A stretch of DNA of 64,000 bases from positions 480,001-544,000 of the forward strand of contig CAVRKK010000002.1 of NCBI GenBank assembly GCA_963722385.1. The letters run 5' to 3'. This DNA is from an uncultured bacterium (GTDB taxonomy: Bacteria > Babelota > Babeliae > Babelales > Babelaceae). A program made the position numbers and the translations under genes. Positions 30,585 to 41,224 of this stretch are shown here, piece by piece; the stretch's first letter is position 1; the number at the start of each line of letters is the position of its first letter. The notes beneath the pieces were generated by a model that searched no databases, was not told where the DNA came from, and saw only the letters and a list, made by a program, of their open reading frames with translations.

Positions 30585-31154
30585 TTACATCTCTTGTGCT
30601 TGTTCGTTGTCGAGAAACCGCTTAAGCTCTTTTAAAGCTTTAATACGTTGATTCCAATGTAGTTTTTCGTTATAGGACATCTCAGCATAGGTTTTTAAGC
30701 AGTTATCTGGCTGGAATGTGGCTGCCCAGCCAAAGCCAAGCTCCCCGCGCGGCTCAACGATTCTGCCACCGGTGGAACCTTTAAAATAATTAACCTCGCC
30801 GCCGCTTCTTACGTAAGCGACAATGGTCTCGGCCTGCGCAGCACCGTTGCCCATGCAGCAGGCAAGCTTATAAAGGCCTGCTACCTCAAGCTCGGCAAGA
30901 AACCATTTGACAAGCGGGCCGGGCAAGCGATTAAGCCCATCAATATAGAGCGATGTGTCCTCGAGCATGAAATTTTTAAACCCATGCTTGATCGCTTGGT
31001 CAACCTTAAACTGAATGATTTTAAAAGCATCTACCTCTTGAATTTCTTCAAGATCAAGAGCGGCTTGTTCAACAACAAGCTCCTCGCTGCTCAGGAATCG
31101 TTTGATTTCCTCAAATTTTCCCTGATTGCTCGTAACAACTGAAAGTATTTTCAT
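30585..31154 (-). CDS. Ham1/ITPA-family non-canonical purine NTP pyrophosphatase-like protein
   Basis: VTSNQGK, LEEIQ, EDTSL, LPGPLVKWF, GRIVEPRG, FGW, TYAEM...K. Confidence 0.85.
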   Translation of the reverse strand: MKILSVVTSNQGKFEEIKRFLSSEELVVEQAALDLEEIQEVDAFKIIQFKVDQAIKHGFKNFMLEDTSLYIDGLNRLPGPLVKWFLAELEVAGLYKLACCMGNGAAQAETIVAYVRSGGEVNYFKGSTGGRIVEPRGELGFGWAATFQPDNCLKTYAEMSYNEKLHWNQRIKALKELKRFLDNEQAQEM

Positions 31155-31185
31155 GATAAAGAAATAAATAGGGGATTAGAAAAAA

Positions 31186-31542
31186 TGGTGGAGGCGATGG
31201 GAGTCGAACCCATGTCCGTCATATCGCAACCCTCAAGCACTCCATGTTCAGTCTTTGCTTATACTTCGCGTACCCTCCAAAGACAAAGATTATACGCAAA
31301 TGTTCGTTTCGTATATTGTCAAGCTACTCAACGAAGAAGCCTTACTTGACAGTCCCATCTTGTTTATACGTGCTAGCCCAATTGGTGGGCACATCAAGCT
31401 AGCAAGCGCTCATTGCCCTTAGGCAAAAGCTGGACGAGTTGTTTCGCCGTTTATTGTTTTCGATTCTTTTTTAACGAGCACTGAATCAAAGCTCGACATG
31501 CACTCAAAGATCTTAATACCACGTCGAAGCCATTACGCCCCC
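31186..31542 (-). ncRNA. ssrA: tmRNA, one-piece, 357 nt; predicted tag (A)GETTRPAFA
   Basis: 5' GGGGGCG pairs with 3' CGCCTCC-ACCA including the G3-U wobble; T-arm GGTTCGACTCC; internal AATAAAC-GGC GAA ACA ACT CGT CCA GCT TTT GCC TAA; directly downstream of smpB. Confidence 0.96.
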
Positions 31543-31602
31543 GGTATCTCAATAATTAGTAATTTCAATATACCCCAATCGAGCCAATTTGTCAATATTT
31601 GC

Positions 31603-32058
31603 CTAGTATCGATACTTATCCTTGAGCTCGCGCCTGGTCTCACGCTGAATATCGCGCTCCTTGATCTCGGCCTTCCGGTCATGGGCCTTTTTATGCTTAC
31701 CGATTCCCAGTTCAACCTTAACATACCCCTTTTTATTCAGATAAATCTTCAGTGGCACGAGGGTAACGCCTTTGCGCGAAATTTCTCCCACGAGACGGTT
31801 CAGCTCGCGCCCATGCACTAAGAGCTTGCGAGTACGATTTGATTCCTCAGGCTTCTGGTACGCATTGGCGTAAGCACTGATATGGGCATTCACCAGATAC
31901 AGCTCACCCTCGCGAACGTGAGCAAACGCACCGGTCAAATTCATCTGGCCGGCACGTATCGATTTGACCTCGTCCCCCGTTAGCACAATCCCCGCTTCGA
32001 TGCGTTCAAGAATATCGTAATCGTGAAATGCCTTTTTATTTTGCGCAATAACCTTCAT
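31603..32058 (-). CDS. smpB: SsrA-binding protein
   Basis: NKKAFHDY, EAGIVLTGDEVKSIR, RTRKLL, TLVPLKIY. Confidence 0.97.
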   Translation of the reverse strand: MKVIAQNKKAFHDYDILERIEAGIVLTGDEVKSIRAGQMNLTGAFAHVREGELYLVNAHISAYANAYQKPEESNRTRKLLVHGRELNRLVGEISRKGVTLVPLKIYLNKKGYVKVELGIGKHKKAHDRKAEIKERDIQRETRRELKDKYRY

Positions 32059-32561
32059 AATCTGTCCATAATTTGATGGTGTTCTCCTTGAAGACGCTTA
32101 CAAAGCCTTTTTGTAACGAAATATGCAATACAAGCAGCCACTAAAGCAACGATGTGCCCGCCGATAAAGTAGGGCCAAAAAGAAAGCTTTTCGAGCACTG
32201 AGACACTTTTAACATACGGGGCTATCTTGTGAGTAAGCCATACGGTAAAAGAGCGTATAAAGGCCGGGTCATACTGACTCAGGTCAATTGGCAAAATATA
32301 GTGCATTATCCAAGCGCCTACCACATAATCAAGCACAATAATAAAAATCATCGTCCATGGATTATTCACGATACAAGCAACCGCAAATGCTATCGGAATA
32401 TTTAATCCCATGAGCCACCCAAGCACAATAATCAGTATGGTCTGAATACCTAAATACGGCGAAAAACCAACAAACGTACCCACGGCGCAGGATAGCGCGC
32501 AGCGCTCGGCTGATGCTTCACCAAGCAAAATCTTCTTAAGCTTCTTAAAAAAGCGAAACAT
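32055..32561 (-). CDS. DUF2062-like membrane protein
   Basis: ALSCAVGTFVGFSPYLGIQT and NNPWT motif, several TM helices. Confidence 0.7.
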   Translation of the reverse strand: MFRFFKKLKKILLGEASAERCALSCAVGTFVGFSPYLGIQTILIIVLGWLMGLNIPIAFAVACIVNNPWTMIFIIVLDYVVGAWIMHYILPIDLSQYDPAFIRSFTVWLTHKIAPYVKSVSVLEKLSFWPYFIGGHIVALVAACIAYFVTKRLCKRLQGEHHQIMDRL

Positions 32562-32676
32562 AACAATCTCCGTTACGTGCTCACGAGCTTATAATTGCAA
32601 TATCGTTATTTTCGGCTATTCTAATACTCAGTATAAGTAATTTTACTCACAACCTGAAACTTTTAATAAATATCTC

Positions 32677-33351
32677 ATGATTCCTAAGCGATTTTTTATC
32701 CCCCTCCTCGGCATGGTCATATTCAGTTGCAGCGCTGAGCAAGAATCATCCCAACAGACCCCTGCCTATATCCTTACGCTTAAAGCCCCTGCGCACATTA
32801 AGCACCTTGAAAGCATCTCTTGTATCTATCATGGCAATAAGCTCTATTTTGAAAATGGCATCTGCCAATTGCCCGAGCACGTCTTTAAAACGTTTTTCAC
32901 GCTTATCATCACGCCACTCATAGAATTTAAAAATAATGGAACGTGTGTATATGCCGAGCGCCTAAAAGATCTGCCGTGCAAATGGTATAACCTAACGCTC
33001 GACTATAACCAATCTGCAGCTGGAAGAAATTACTCATGGCGCATTGATGAGCTCAAAAGTGAGGAAATGCCTCTGCGCATACCTGAACAAAGTGGCATCG
33101 TCATACAATTGCCCGCCTCTATGATCGACGCCCTCGACAATGCGCAGCGGACAGGCCGCTTCGTTATCAACTTGCCAGGCATCATCCTGAACGAAGCTAC
33201 AACCCAAGAACAACTCGATAGCGCGCTCAACCAAGCAGCCCTTAACCTTCCGGCTACGAACCACCTATGCCAACCAGCATGTAGGCGAAAAAATCAGGGC
33301 AATACGACCATCGTGGCCAGAGAACGACGTGTCTTGCCTGAACAACCATAA
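32677..33351 (+). CDS. Exported hypothetical protein
   Basis: Signal-like N-terminus; 14 bp upstream of tsaD. Confidence 0.6.
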   Translation: MIPKRFFIPLLGMVIFSCSAEQESSQQTPAYILTLKAPAHIKHLESISCIYHGNKLYFENGICQLPEHVFKTFFTLIITPLIEFKNNGTCVYAERLKDLPCKWYNLTLDYNQSAAGRNYSWRIDELKSEEMPLRIPEQSGIVIQLPASMIDALDNAQRTGRFVINLPGIILNEATTQEQLDSALNQAALNLPATNHLCQPACRRKNQGNTTIVARERRVLPEQP

Positions 33352-33365
33352 CGGAAAAAAGGATT

Positions 33366-34376
33366 ATGCGTATCCTTGGCATTGAAACCTCGTGCGATGA
33401 AACAGCTGCTGCCGTCTACGAGAGCCAGCGCGGCATGCTTTCGAGCTATCTTTTCTCACAAACCGAGCTCCATAAGCGTTATGGGGGCGTTGTGCCAGAA
33501 ATTGCTTCCCGCGCGCAAATCGAAAAAATTAATACGGTCATTGATCATGCCCTTTGTGCGGCACAGGTAAGTCTTGACACGATAGACGCTATCGCGGTGA
33601 CGCATACTCCCGGCCTACCCGGTTCACTCCTGGTCGGCCTCTGCTTTGCCAAAGCCCTTGCCTATGCGCAGAACAAAAAAATACTGGGCATCAACCATCT
33701 TGAAGGGCATGCTTTTTCTGCGCTCATCGAGCACACGGTGCCCTTTCCCTTCTTATGCCTGACGGCATCCGGCGGCCATACGGCCCTCTATCTCATCACG
33801 GCCCTTGGGAAATATGAAATTCTCGGCCATACAACTGATGATGCTGCGGGGGAAGCCTTTGATAAAGTCGCCAAAATGCTCCACTATCCCTATCCAGGAG
33901 GACCAATCATTGAACAGCTCGCTGGTCATATGGACTTTATCGACTTCTTCCATTACCCGCGACTCAAGGCTAAAGATCTTTCTTTCAGCTTTTCTGGGCT
34001 TAAGACAGCCGTTCTCTATGATCTTGTTAAAAAGGGGGTATATAACCTTGAAAGCAAGGAGCTCAACCCCGCTACACCGCTGAGCCTCAAACAAGAGGTT
34101 GCCAGCTCATTCCTTGTATGCATAGGCGATATATTTGCCGATCGCTTGAAGCGGGCATGCAAGCTGCATCCAGAAATTAAAGCAGTGACGTTTGTGGGAG
34201 GGGTTGCTTGCAATCAGTATTTGCGCCAGCGCTTACAAACAATAGCCAACCAACAGGGGCTACCGTTCTTTACGCCTTCCCCACGCTATTGTACCGATAA
34301 TGCAGCTATGATAGCATTTGTGGGGCATTACAAAGCACAGCAAGGCTTATATGCTAATCTGACGCTTGACCTATAA
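33366..34376 (+). CDS. tsaD: tRNA N6-threonylcarbamoyltransferase TsaD
   Basis: GIETSCDET, GGVVPEIASR, HLEGH, SGGHT, GEAFDK, CTDNAAMIA. Confidence 0.97.
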   Translation: MRILGIETSCDETAAAVYESQRGMLSSYLFSQTELHKRYGGVVPEIASRAQIEKINTVIDHALCAAQVSLDTIDAIAVTHTPGLPGSLLVGLCFAKALAYAQNKKILGINHLEGHAFSALIEHTVPFPFLCLTASGGHTALYLITALGKYEILGHTTDDAAGEAFDKVAKMLHYPYPGGPIIEQLAGHMDFIDFFHYPRLKAKDLSFSFSGLKTAVLYDLVKKGVYNLESKELNPATPLSLKQEVASSFLVCIGDIFADRLKRACKLHPEIKAVTFVGGVACNQYLRQRLQTIANQQGLPFFTPSPRYCTDNAAMIAFVGHYKAQQGLYANLTLDL

Positions 34377-34379
34377 TTT

Positions 34380-35687
34380 TCACAAGGAGCTGCCGCTCGA
34401 TCCCTTCTTATTCATGGACTCCAAAAATTCCTCATTTGTCTTGCACTTCTTCATCTTATCGATAAGTACCTCCATACCTTCAATGGTATTCATGGTTGCA
34501 AGAAATTTACGAAGAATGCGCACACGATTAAGCTCGCCCTCAGACAATAAAAGCTCCTCACGGCGAGTTCCCGATAACAAAAGGTCGAAAGCAGGAAAGA
34601 TACGAAGATTGGACAGCTTACGGCTCATAAGAATTTCCATGTTGCCGGTGCCCTTGAATTCCTCGAAGATGACTTCGTCCATACGCGAGCCGGTCTCAAT
34701 AAGCGCTGAAGCCAAAATCGTAAGCGAGCCACCTTCTTCCGTATTACGTGCTGCACCAAAAAACCTCTTTGGCCTTTGCAACGCATTGGCATCAATACCA
34801 CCCGTTAAGATTTTGCCAGAGGCAGGAGCAACCGCATTATAAGCGCGCGCAAGGCGCGTAATCGAATCAAGGACAATAACAACATCCAAACCTACTTCGA
34901 CAAGGCGCTTTGCCTTCTCAAGTACAATCTCAACCACTTGCACGTGACGCTCGGGCGCCTCATCAAAAGTCGAGCTGATAACTTCAGCGCGAGCGCCTTT
35001 GACACTCCGGCGCATATCTGCAACCTCTTCAGGTCTTTCATCGACGAGCAACACAATCAAATAGACCTCAGGGTGATTGGCCACCATGGCCTGAGCGATC
35101 TCCTTAAGAAGCATCGTTTTCCCCGTCTTAGGCGGTGCCACAATAAGGCCTCTTTGCCCGCGGCCAATAGGTGAAAACAAGTCCATTATTCTTGTCGAAA
35201 TAAAGCTCGGGTCGGCCTCTAAATTAAATTTCTTGTCAGGGTGCAAGGGCGATAAGCGGTCAAAATAGGTCCGATCGAGCATGGCGGCAGGCTCCTGAAA
35301 ATCAATCTTGTTGATCTTTAAGAGCGCAAAGTATTTTTCTCCCTCTTTGGGCTTACGAATAACGCCAGAAATCGTATCACCAGTCCTTAAATTAAAACGG
35401 CGAATTTGCGATGGCGATACATAAACATCGTCAGGCCCTGATACATAATCAAACTGCGCCGACCGCAAAAAGCCAAAACCATCGGGCAGCTTCTCGAGCA
35501 CGCCCTCAACTTCAATTTCCTTGTCAGGGTTTTGCTCAAGCTCAACAATATGCCGAATAAGCTGCTCTTTCGACATAAGAGTAGCTCCTATGACACCAAG
35601 CTTTCGGCCGAGCATATTAAGATCACCGAGCGTATGCTCGCGCAACTCTTGCGCACGCATTGAGGCAGTTTTTGTCCCTTCTTCCAT
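34380..35687 (-). CDS. rho: Transcription termination factor Rho
   Basis: [42 protein letters not shown]. Confidence 0.98.
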   Translation of the reverse strand: MEEGTKTASMRAQELREHTLGDLNMLGRKLGVIGATLMSKEQLIRHIVELEQNPDKEIEVEGVLEKLPDGFGFLRSAQFDYVSGPDDVYVSPSQIRRFNLRTGDTISGVIRKPKEGEKYFALLKINKIDFQEPAAMLDRTYFDRLSPLHPDKKFNLEADPSFISTRIMDLFSPIGRGQRGLIVAPPKTGKTMLLKEIAQAMVANHPEVYLIVLLVDERPEEVADMRRSVKGARAEVISSTFDEAPERHVQVVEIVLEKAKRLVEVGLDVVIVLDSITRLARAYNAVAPASGKILTGGIDANALQRPKRFFGAARNTEEGGSLTILASALIETGSRMDEVIFEEFKGTGNMEILMSRKLSNLRIFPAFDLLLSGTRREELLLSEGELNRVRILRKFLATMNTIEGMEVLIDKMKKCKTNEEFLESMNKKGSSGSSL

Positions 35688-35803
35688 AGACCTCCTTCGA
35701 AAAATTTTTCAACAATAGTAGCAATAGGTGGTTATAGCCCACGCCTTTTTTTAACGTAGTTATTTCTTGATAGGATAAGCGCAGAGAGCTTTGTCCGCTC
35801 TTA

Positions 35804-36700
35804 TTACGCCGAACGTTTTTCTTTATCTCGGTATAGTAATAACATAACAGGACTTGCTATAGCAATGGACGAATACGTACCAAAAATTATACCAATTAAA
35901 AGCGCTAAGGCTAAAGATCGCAACGCATAACCACCAAAAATTAGCAATGAAACAACCACCAGCGATGTCGCAAAGCTTGTCAACAATGTACGTCTCAGGG
36001 TTTCGTTCATGCTGATATTTACCACATCTTCGATAGCGTAACCCCGCAACTTGCGCACATTTGCACGTATACGTGCAAAAATAACAATCGTATCATTAAT
36101 AGAATAGCCCAAAATAGCCAAAATAGCGGCTATCACATTTGACGATATCTCGTAATCGAAGAGCAAGAAAAATCCAAGGATAACAATAGCATCATGAAAG
36201 AGTGATACTAACACCCCAACACCATAAGCTAACGACCAAAAGCGCCACCAGGTGTAAAGAAGCATTAATATAAGTCCTAAAATAATCGCGTACAGCGACT
36301 TAAGCCAGAGTTGGGCTCCCATGCCGGCCCCAACCTGATCAACTCCCTTAATGGTCACCTCGGTACCTGGTAAGGCAACTGCGACCTTTTCCCTTATTCG
36401 TTCTGCCGTGCCACCTGCATCATTGGTATATTCAGCAACACGCACCAAAATTTCGGTTGGCGAGAAATCACGCGCTATCGCACCGGGAATACTAGCCTTA
36501 TCTAAGATCTGCACCACCGCTTCGCTGTGTATCGGCTTTGAAAAACCAAGCAAAACCTGCGTGCCGCCGGTGAACTCAACGCTATAGATAAAGGCGTAGC
36601 CCCGTGTCTGGTATTTATAGATAAAGGCGCCAGCAAAAAGCGCAAAGATGGCCAAAGAAAAAGCGGCATACAATGGCCGGTACTTGATAAAATTAATCAT
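35804..36700 (-). CDS. secF: Protein translocase subunit SecF
   Basis: EFTGGT, FHDAI, GYSINDTIVIF, TLRRTLLTS, GTYSSIAIA. Confidence 0.93.
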   Translation of the reverse strand: MINFIKYRPLYAAFSLAIFALFAGAFIYKYQTRGYAFIYSVEFTGGTQVLLGFSKPIHSEAVVQILDKASIPGAIARDFSPTEILVRVAEYTNDAGGTAERIREKVAVALPGTEVTIKGVDQVGAGMGAQLWLKSLYAIILGLILMLLYTWWRFWSLAYGVGVLVSLFHDAIVILGFFLLFDYEISSNVIAAILAILGYSINDTIVIFARIRANVRKLRGYAIEDVVNISMNETLRRTLLTSFATSLVVVSLLIFGGYALRSLALALLIGIIFGTYSSIAIASPVMLLLYRDKEKRSA

Positions 36701-36739
36701 AACACTCCCCCGCGCCAAGTCGGAGCTTCGCAGCTTGGC

Positions 36740-36988
36740 TTATAAAACTGATACGTACTTTCTACCTTTTCGCCCAAAATGAAATTTAATAACCCCTGGG
36801 GCTGAGGCAAAAATAGTATAGTCTACACCAAGCCCAACGTTTCTACCTGGATGAATGTGGGTCCCGCGCTGGCGAACAATAACTTCACCACCACTAACTC
36901 GCTGGCCATCAAATAACTTGACGCCAAGCCGTTTGCTGACGCTATCGCGTCCATTCTGGGTCGATCCACCCGATTTACTCGTTGCCAT
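36740..36988 (-). CDS. rpmA: 50S ribosomal protein L27
   Basis: [32 protein letters not shown]. Confidence 0.95.
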   Translation of the reverse strand: MATSKSGGSTQNGRDSVSKRLGVKLFDGQRVSGGEVIVRQRGTHIHPGRNVGLGVDYTIFASAPGVIKFHFGRKGRKYVSVL

Positions 36989-37213
36989 AATCTTTTCTCC
37001 TTGTTGCAATAACAAAAGAATCACTGAGCGTGATATGCGGTCAAAATATGTACAGCTGGAATTACCTACCATTATGCTTCAATTTAAGCAAAATGTCAAA
37101 ATCTTACAAGCACCCGTGTGCAACTTTGAAATGAGCTAAAGCGGAAACTTTTCTTTACCCTACGGAAACTTGGCGAGTACTTGCTCAATTGCTTTTCCAT
37201 GCAACCAGGCCCA

Positions 37214-38662
37214 TTAGATAAGCAGTGCTAGATAGTCATCAAGCTGCGCCTTGCTGCAGATATGCCGGTAACGGGTATACTCTTTGCCATCTTTAAATAT
37301 CACTATGGTCGGCAATGTATTGATACCGAGCTTATCGGCAATCTCGGGAGACTTATCGACATCTATTTTACAAAAATGGGCCTTTGGCCCGGCCGCGGCG
37401 GCCCGTGCTTCTAAAAATGGCATAAGGTAGAGGCAGCTTGGGCAATAATGAGCAAAAAAGTCGACAATTACCGGCACCGCTGACTTCTTCGCAATCTCAT
37501 CAAGCTCCTGCTCATTAGTAATAAGCGTAATATCCGATAATTGCTGCTGAGGTACAACATAAAACTGCAACTCCATCTCTTTTGCCTTATAAGCGTTAAG
37601 GCCTACTGATTCAAGAAAAGCTAGAGCATCCAGCGCCGCCTTAATACCATTGCCTGCTGCAATGCCTGCTTTGCTATAGCCCTTATCAGCAACACTGCCC
37701 GCAGCTAAAACACCGGGGACCGACGTTTTCTGGCTACAGCCTTGTATGGTAATATAGCCATCAGCGTCTGTTGCCACATGTGGCTTAAATAAATCAGATG
37801 TTGGCCTGTAGCCAATCCCAAAATAGACTGCTTTAGCGGGTATTTCTTGTTGATGCCTTGTCGCACTATCGCGTACCCGCACACTCACCGGCGCTGAACC
37901 GTCTCCCTTTACTTCTTCGAGCAGCGTTGAGTAGAGAATCGTCAAATTTTTACAATTCAGCAAGTAATCTTGAACGGTCGCGCAAGCCTGTAAAGCTGGC
38001 TCCCTCACGATCATGGTTACTTTTTTTGCGTAAGCAGCTACTTGAAGCGCAAGCTCTGCTGCCGTATCACTACCACCAACCACCACCACATGTTGGTCCT
38101 TATTAAAAGGCGCGTCGCAAATAGCACAAGAGCTTACGCCTTTGCCCAAATACTCTTCAACGCCTGGTATGTTGAGTCTTTTTGCCTGGCCACCGGTGGC
38201 TATAATAACCGATAAGGCATAACATTCGGTACCTTCATTGCTTACCAGCTTAAATGGCCACGTGCTCAGATCAGCACTTTTGACCTGCTCATAGAGAAGA
38301 ACCGCACCAAATTTCTTTGCTTGGGCTTCCAAATCCTTAATAATTTGCCCACCCGTTACTTTATCGCGACTAGGCCAATTTTCTATGTGCTTTACCTGTG
38401 CCAACTGCCCGCTTTGCTGAAAGCCAGCAAAAACAATCGTTTTAATCTGGGATCGCGCCGTATATACGGCGGCACTTAAGCCGGCTGGACCGCCTCCAAT
38501 GATTGCCACCGGGATGAGGTTTTTTTGCAAGGCAACCTTCTTAAGATCGTGCGTCGCTGAGCGCTTGGCAGCATAAAGCGCCCATGCCACCAAAACAAGC
38601 GAAGCCACCCCAGCAAGCACATTAATCCCGAAGAGAACAATTGATTTATTACGTTTTTGCAT
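37214..38662 (-). CDS. Thioredoxin reductase-thioredoxin fusion with N-terminal membrane/signal segment
   Basis: IIGGGPAGLSAA, GVSSCAICD (redox CxxC), C-terminal VDFFAHYCPSC thioredoxin domain. Confidence 0.85.
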   Translation of the reverse strand: MQKRNKSIVLFGINVLAGVASLVLVAWALYAAKRSATHDLKKVALQKNLIPVAIIGGGPAGLSAAVYTARSQIKTIVFAGFQQSGQLAQVKHIENWPSRDKVTGGQIIKDLEAQAKKFGAVLLYEQVKSADLSTWPFKLVSNEGTECYALSVIIATGGQAKRLNIPGVEEYLGKGVSSCAICDAPFNKDQHVVVVGGSDTAAELALQVAAYAKKVTMIVREPALQACATVQDYLLNCKNLTILYSTLLEEVKGDGSAPVSVRVRDSATRHQQEIPAKAVYFGIGYRPTSDLFKPHVATDADGYITIQGCSQKTSVPGVLAAGSVADKGYSKAGIAAGNGIKAALDALAFLESVGLNAYKAKEMELQFYVVPQQQLSDITLITNEQELDEIAKKSAVPVIVDFFAHYCPSCLYLMPFLEARAAAAGPKAHFCKIDVDKSPEIADKLGINTLPTIVIFKDGKEYTRYRHICSKAQLDDYLALLI

Positions 38663-38855
38663 GCACCGCGCCTCTCAATATTTTTCTAATATTCTTTTTA
38701 AATTGAGGCTCACCACTCCATTATTGTATCGCTTTCGGCGCAAGGGCAAGGGTTTTTTAAAAAGTGGTGTGAATAATCAAGAAGGTTGCGCGATTAGGAA
38801 AGGCAAAGGTCTGAAATATGCTTCCTATAGAAACAAGAGACACATACGTACGCAT

Positions 38856-38889
38856 AAAATAGGGCACAGAGAAGCTCCCTGTGCCCTAT
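38856..38889 (-). terminator. Intrinsic terminator of the RRM gene
   Basis: 11-bp inverted repeat ATAGGGCACAG/CTGTGCCCTAT followed by Ts on the minus strand. Confidence 0.75.
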
Positions 38890-38908
38890 CTGATTTGCTG
38901 AGGTATGC

Positions 38909-39265
38909 TTACCAAGCGCTACGACGCGGTCCTCGGCTGCCACCAAAGCCACCTCTGTCGCCGCCACCTGGTCCGCGTGGACCGCCAAAACCGCCACGAC
39001 CATTGCCACCTGGTCCGCGATCAGGACGAGGTTGCGCCTCGCTTACTCTGAGCTTACGTCCTTTAACTTCCTTGCCATCTACTTCAGCAATAGCTGCTTG
39101 AGATGCTTCAGCATCGCCCATTTCAACAAAGCCAAAGCCACGAGATTCGCCCGTAAACTTGTCTTTGATTATGTTAACTGACTTAACTTCGCCAAAAGGA
39201 GTAAAAACATCTTGCAATTCTTGATCTGTCAAGCTATTTGGCAAATTTCCTACGTATAGTTTCAT
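38909..39265 (-). CDS. RRM RNA-binding protein with Gly/Arg-rich tail
   Basis: RNP2 LYVGNL, RNP1 RGFGFVEM. Confidence 0.95.
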   Translation of the reverse strand: MKLYVGNLPNSLTDQELQDVFTPFGEVKSVNIIKDKFTGESRGFGFVEMGDAEASQAAIAEVDGKEVKGRKLRVSEAQPRPDRGPGGNGRGGFGGPRGPGGGDRGGFGGSRGPRRSAW

Positions 39266-39627
39266 TTTTCTGTACTTTCTCTAAATAAAATAATCTGCAT
39301 TTCTTCATGGGTTAGCGACTACAGTTACCCTGTAGCTATACTTATTCAATCTCGCAAGTTCTACTCCTTATCGTATTTTTCATGCAGCAAAAGATGGTAT
39401 TAAATGGTAACTACCAGAGCCTCGTATTCTTATTCTTTATTATATAGTTATAAATTTGATTCTTGCAATAAAAAGCGTGGCAACAAAATTATTAATAAAG
39501 GCCTGCTGTCTTGTTAGGGGATGGGTAAATAATCTTAGCATAATCAAGCGTCGCGAACGATACCTCGTAATCTTTAGCATAGGTAATCTTTATACTATCC
39601 CATTTATCTTTTTTGTCAATAGCACCA

Positions 39628-40416
39628 TTAAGTCACATAATCCAGGCGCTTTTTTAGCCATGCAAGGGCCCAGCAGATAAGAATAGCGCTATAGAGTGTG
39701 AGCATAACACAGCAAATCCACCATGGCATAAATTTATCTGGCCCAAGAACAACACCTCGTAGTCCTTCGAAAGCGTACACGACAGGGTTAAGGAGATCAA
39801 TGAGTGCAAAGCGGGGAAATGCTTGGTAGAGCACATACCAGGTAAATTGGTAGCCACCAAAATTCCAGAAGGGGTTAAGCACACGCCGCCAGACCTCTGA
39901 GAATCGGGTGGTGCTTTTTGCCCAGCTGTAGATCCAAATGCTTAAGCATCCACAAAAAAGGTTGAGCATGCAAAATACCAAAAGAAACTTGCCAATGCTT
40001 AAAGAGCTTAGGTTAAGCGCTGAGCCGAGAATAAGCTTACCAAGCGGGATCATAAAGGCGCTGAGCACCATACAGTTAAGCGTGATGCCACAGGCAAGCT
40101 TTACAAAAACAAGCCAGGGCGGCAGGGGCAGGGTCAAAAGGTAGCCGACATGATAGTTGGCCGCGCGGTCAGCAACAAGCTCCTGAGCTGCGTATCCAGC
40201 CTCAAAATAAGACATCGTCACGATGGTGCCTACCCAAATCAACAGGCCATAACGTTGCTCAATCCCAAAGGCAGGCAAAATGTAATTGCTAATAAAAATA
40301 TTGGTTGCGGACCAAAGCGCAGCATCAATCAAACGGTTTAACAGGTTTTTTTTAAGAACAAAGATATCACGCCACAAGAGCCACCAGAAAACGCGCGCTA
40401 CATGCTTATAATTCAT
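39628..40416 (-). CDS. ABC-2 type transporter permease
   Basis: About six TM helices, LLNPVVYAFEGLR. Confidence 0.85.
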   Translation of the reverse strand: MNYKHVARVFWWLLWRDIFVLKKNLLNRLIDAALWSATNIFISNYILPAFGIEQRYGLLIWVGTIVTMSYFEAGYAAQELVADRAANYHVGYLLTLPLPPWLVFVKLACGITLNCMVLSAFMIPLGKLILGSALNLSSLSIGKFLLVFCMLNLFCGCLSIWIYSWAKSTTRFSEVWRRVLNPFWNFGGYQFTWYVLYQAFPRFALIDLLNPVVYAFEGLRGVVLGPDKFMPWWICCVMLTLYSAILICWALAWLKKRLDYVT

Positions 40417-40426
40417 CAGGGCACCC

Positions 40427-41179
40427 TTATTTTTGGTTATTTTCTTGTGTCAGCTGCAAAAAGACATCTTCAAGTCGCGTTTTATTGTAGGCCGAGAGCA
40501 GATTTTTTGGCTTATCTATAAGGCGAATTGCACCTTTATCAAGAATACACACGCGATCAGAGAGGACTTCCGCTTCATCGAGATAGTGCGTGGTAAAGAC
40601 GATGGTAACCCCTTGGGCCTTAAGCGAAAAAATAAGGTCCCATAGCTGGCGCCGAATATGGGGATCAAGAGCGATCGTCGGCTCATCCAAAATAACCAAA
40701 GCAGGCCGATGCATGAGTGCCCGTGCAATAAGCAAGCGCTGCCGATACCCGCCCGATAAAACGTCTATGCTCATGTGTGCGTACTTGGCAAGGTCAAATT
40801 GGTCTATGAGCTCATTCATGCGATTTTTTATATCAGCCGCTGTCATTAAGTAGTAGCGTCCGGTAAATAGTAAATTTTGTTCAACCGAGAGCAGGGGGTC
40901 AAAATTTTGCTTTTGCGGGCAAAAGCCTACGTGATGTCGATACTCGAGCAGCTGGTGATAAATTGAGCGCCCTCTCCATATAATATCTCCAGAGGTAGCT
41001 GGATGTAGCGTGGCAATGATAGAGGAAAGCGTTGTCTTGCCTGCCCCATTAACGCCTAAAAGGCCCAAAATTTCGCCCTCCTGTATTTCCAGAGATACCC
41101 CCTTGAGCGCTTCAATTGGCACCGGCTTGGCGGGATAGACCTTAGCAACATGACGGATTTCTAAGAGAGGAGATGCCAT
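40427..41179 (-). CDS. ABC transporter ATP-binding protein
   Basis: GVNGAGKT, LSGG, ILDEPT, TTHY. Confidence 0.95.
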   Translation of the reverse strand: MASPLLEIRHVAKVYPAKPVPIEALKGVSLEIQEGEILGLLGVNGAGKTTLSSIIATLHPATSGDIIWRGRSIYHQLLEYRHHVGFCPQKQNFDPLLSVEQNLLFTGRYYLMTAADIKNRMNELIDQFDLAKYAHMSIDVLSGGYRQRLLIARALMHRPALVILDEPTIALDPHIRRQLWDLIFSLKAQGVTIVFTTHYLDEAEVLSDRVCILDKGAIRLIDKPKNLLSAYNKTRLEDVFLQLTQENNQK

Positions 41180-41224
41180 AACAATACCTAATGGGTGGTT
41201 GGTCAATTTTTTGTCACTTAATAT

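Noticed and set aside
31186..31220. Stand-alone tRNA gene or prophage attachment site
   Set aside because: It is the 3' tRNA-like end of tmRNA; no anticodon arm, no duplicated 3' end and no integrase seen in the window.
34366..34842. 158-aa ORF opposite rho, and similar antisense ORFs within the P-type ATPase, polA, priA, uvrC and clpB
   Set aside because: Fully overlap conserved genes and have no motifs; shadow ORFs.
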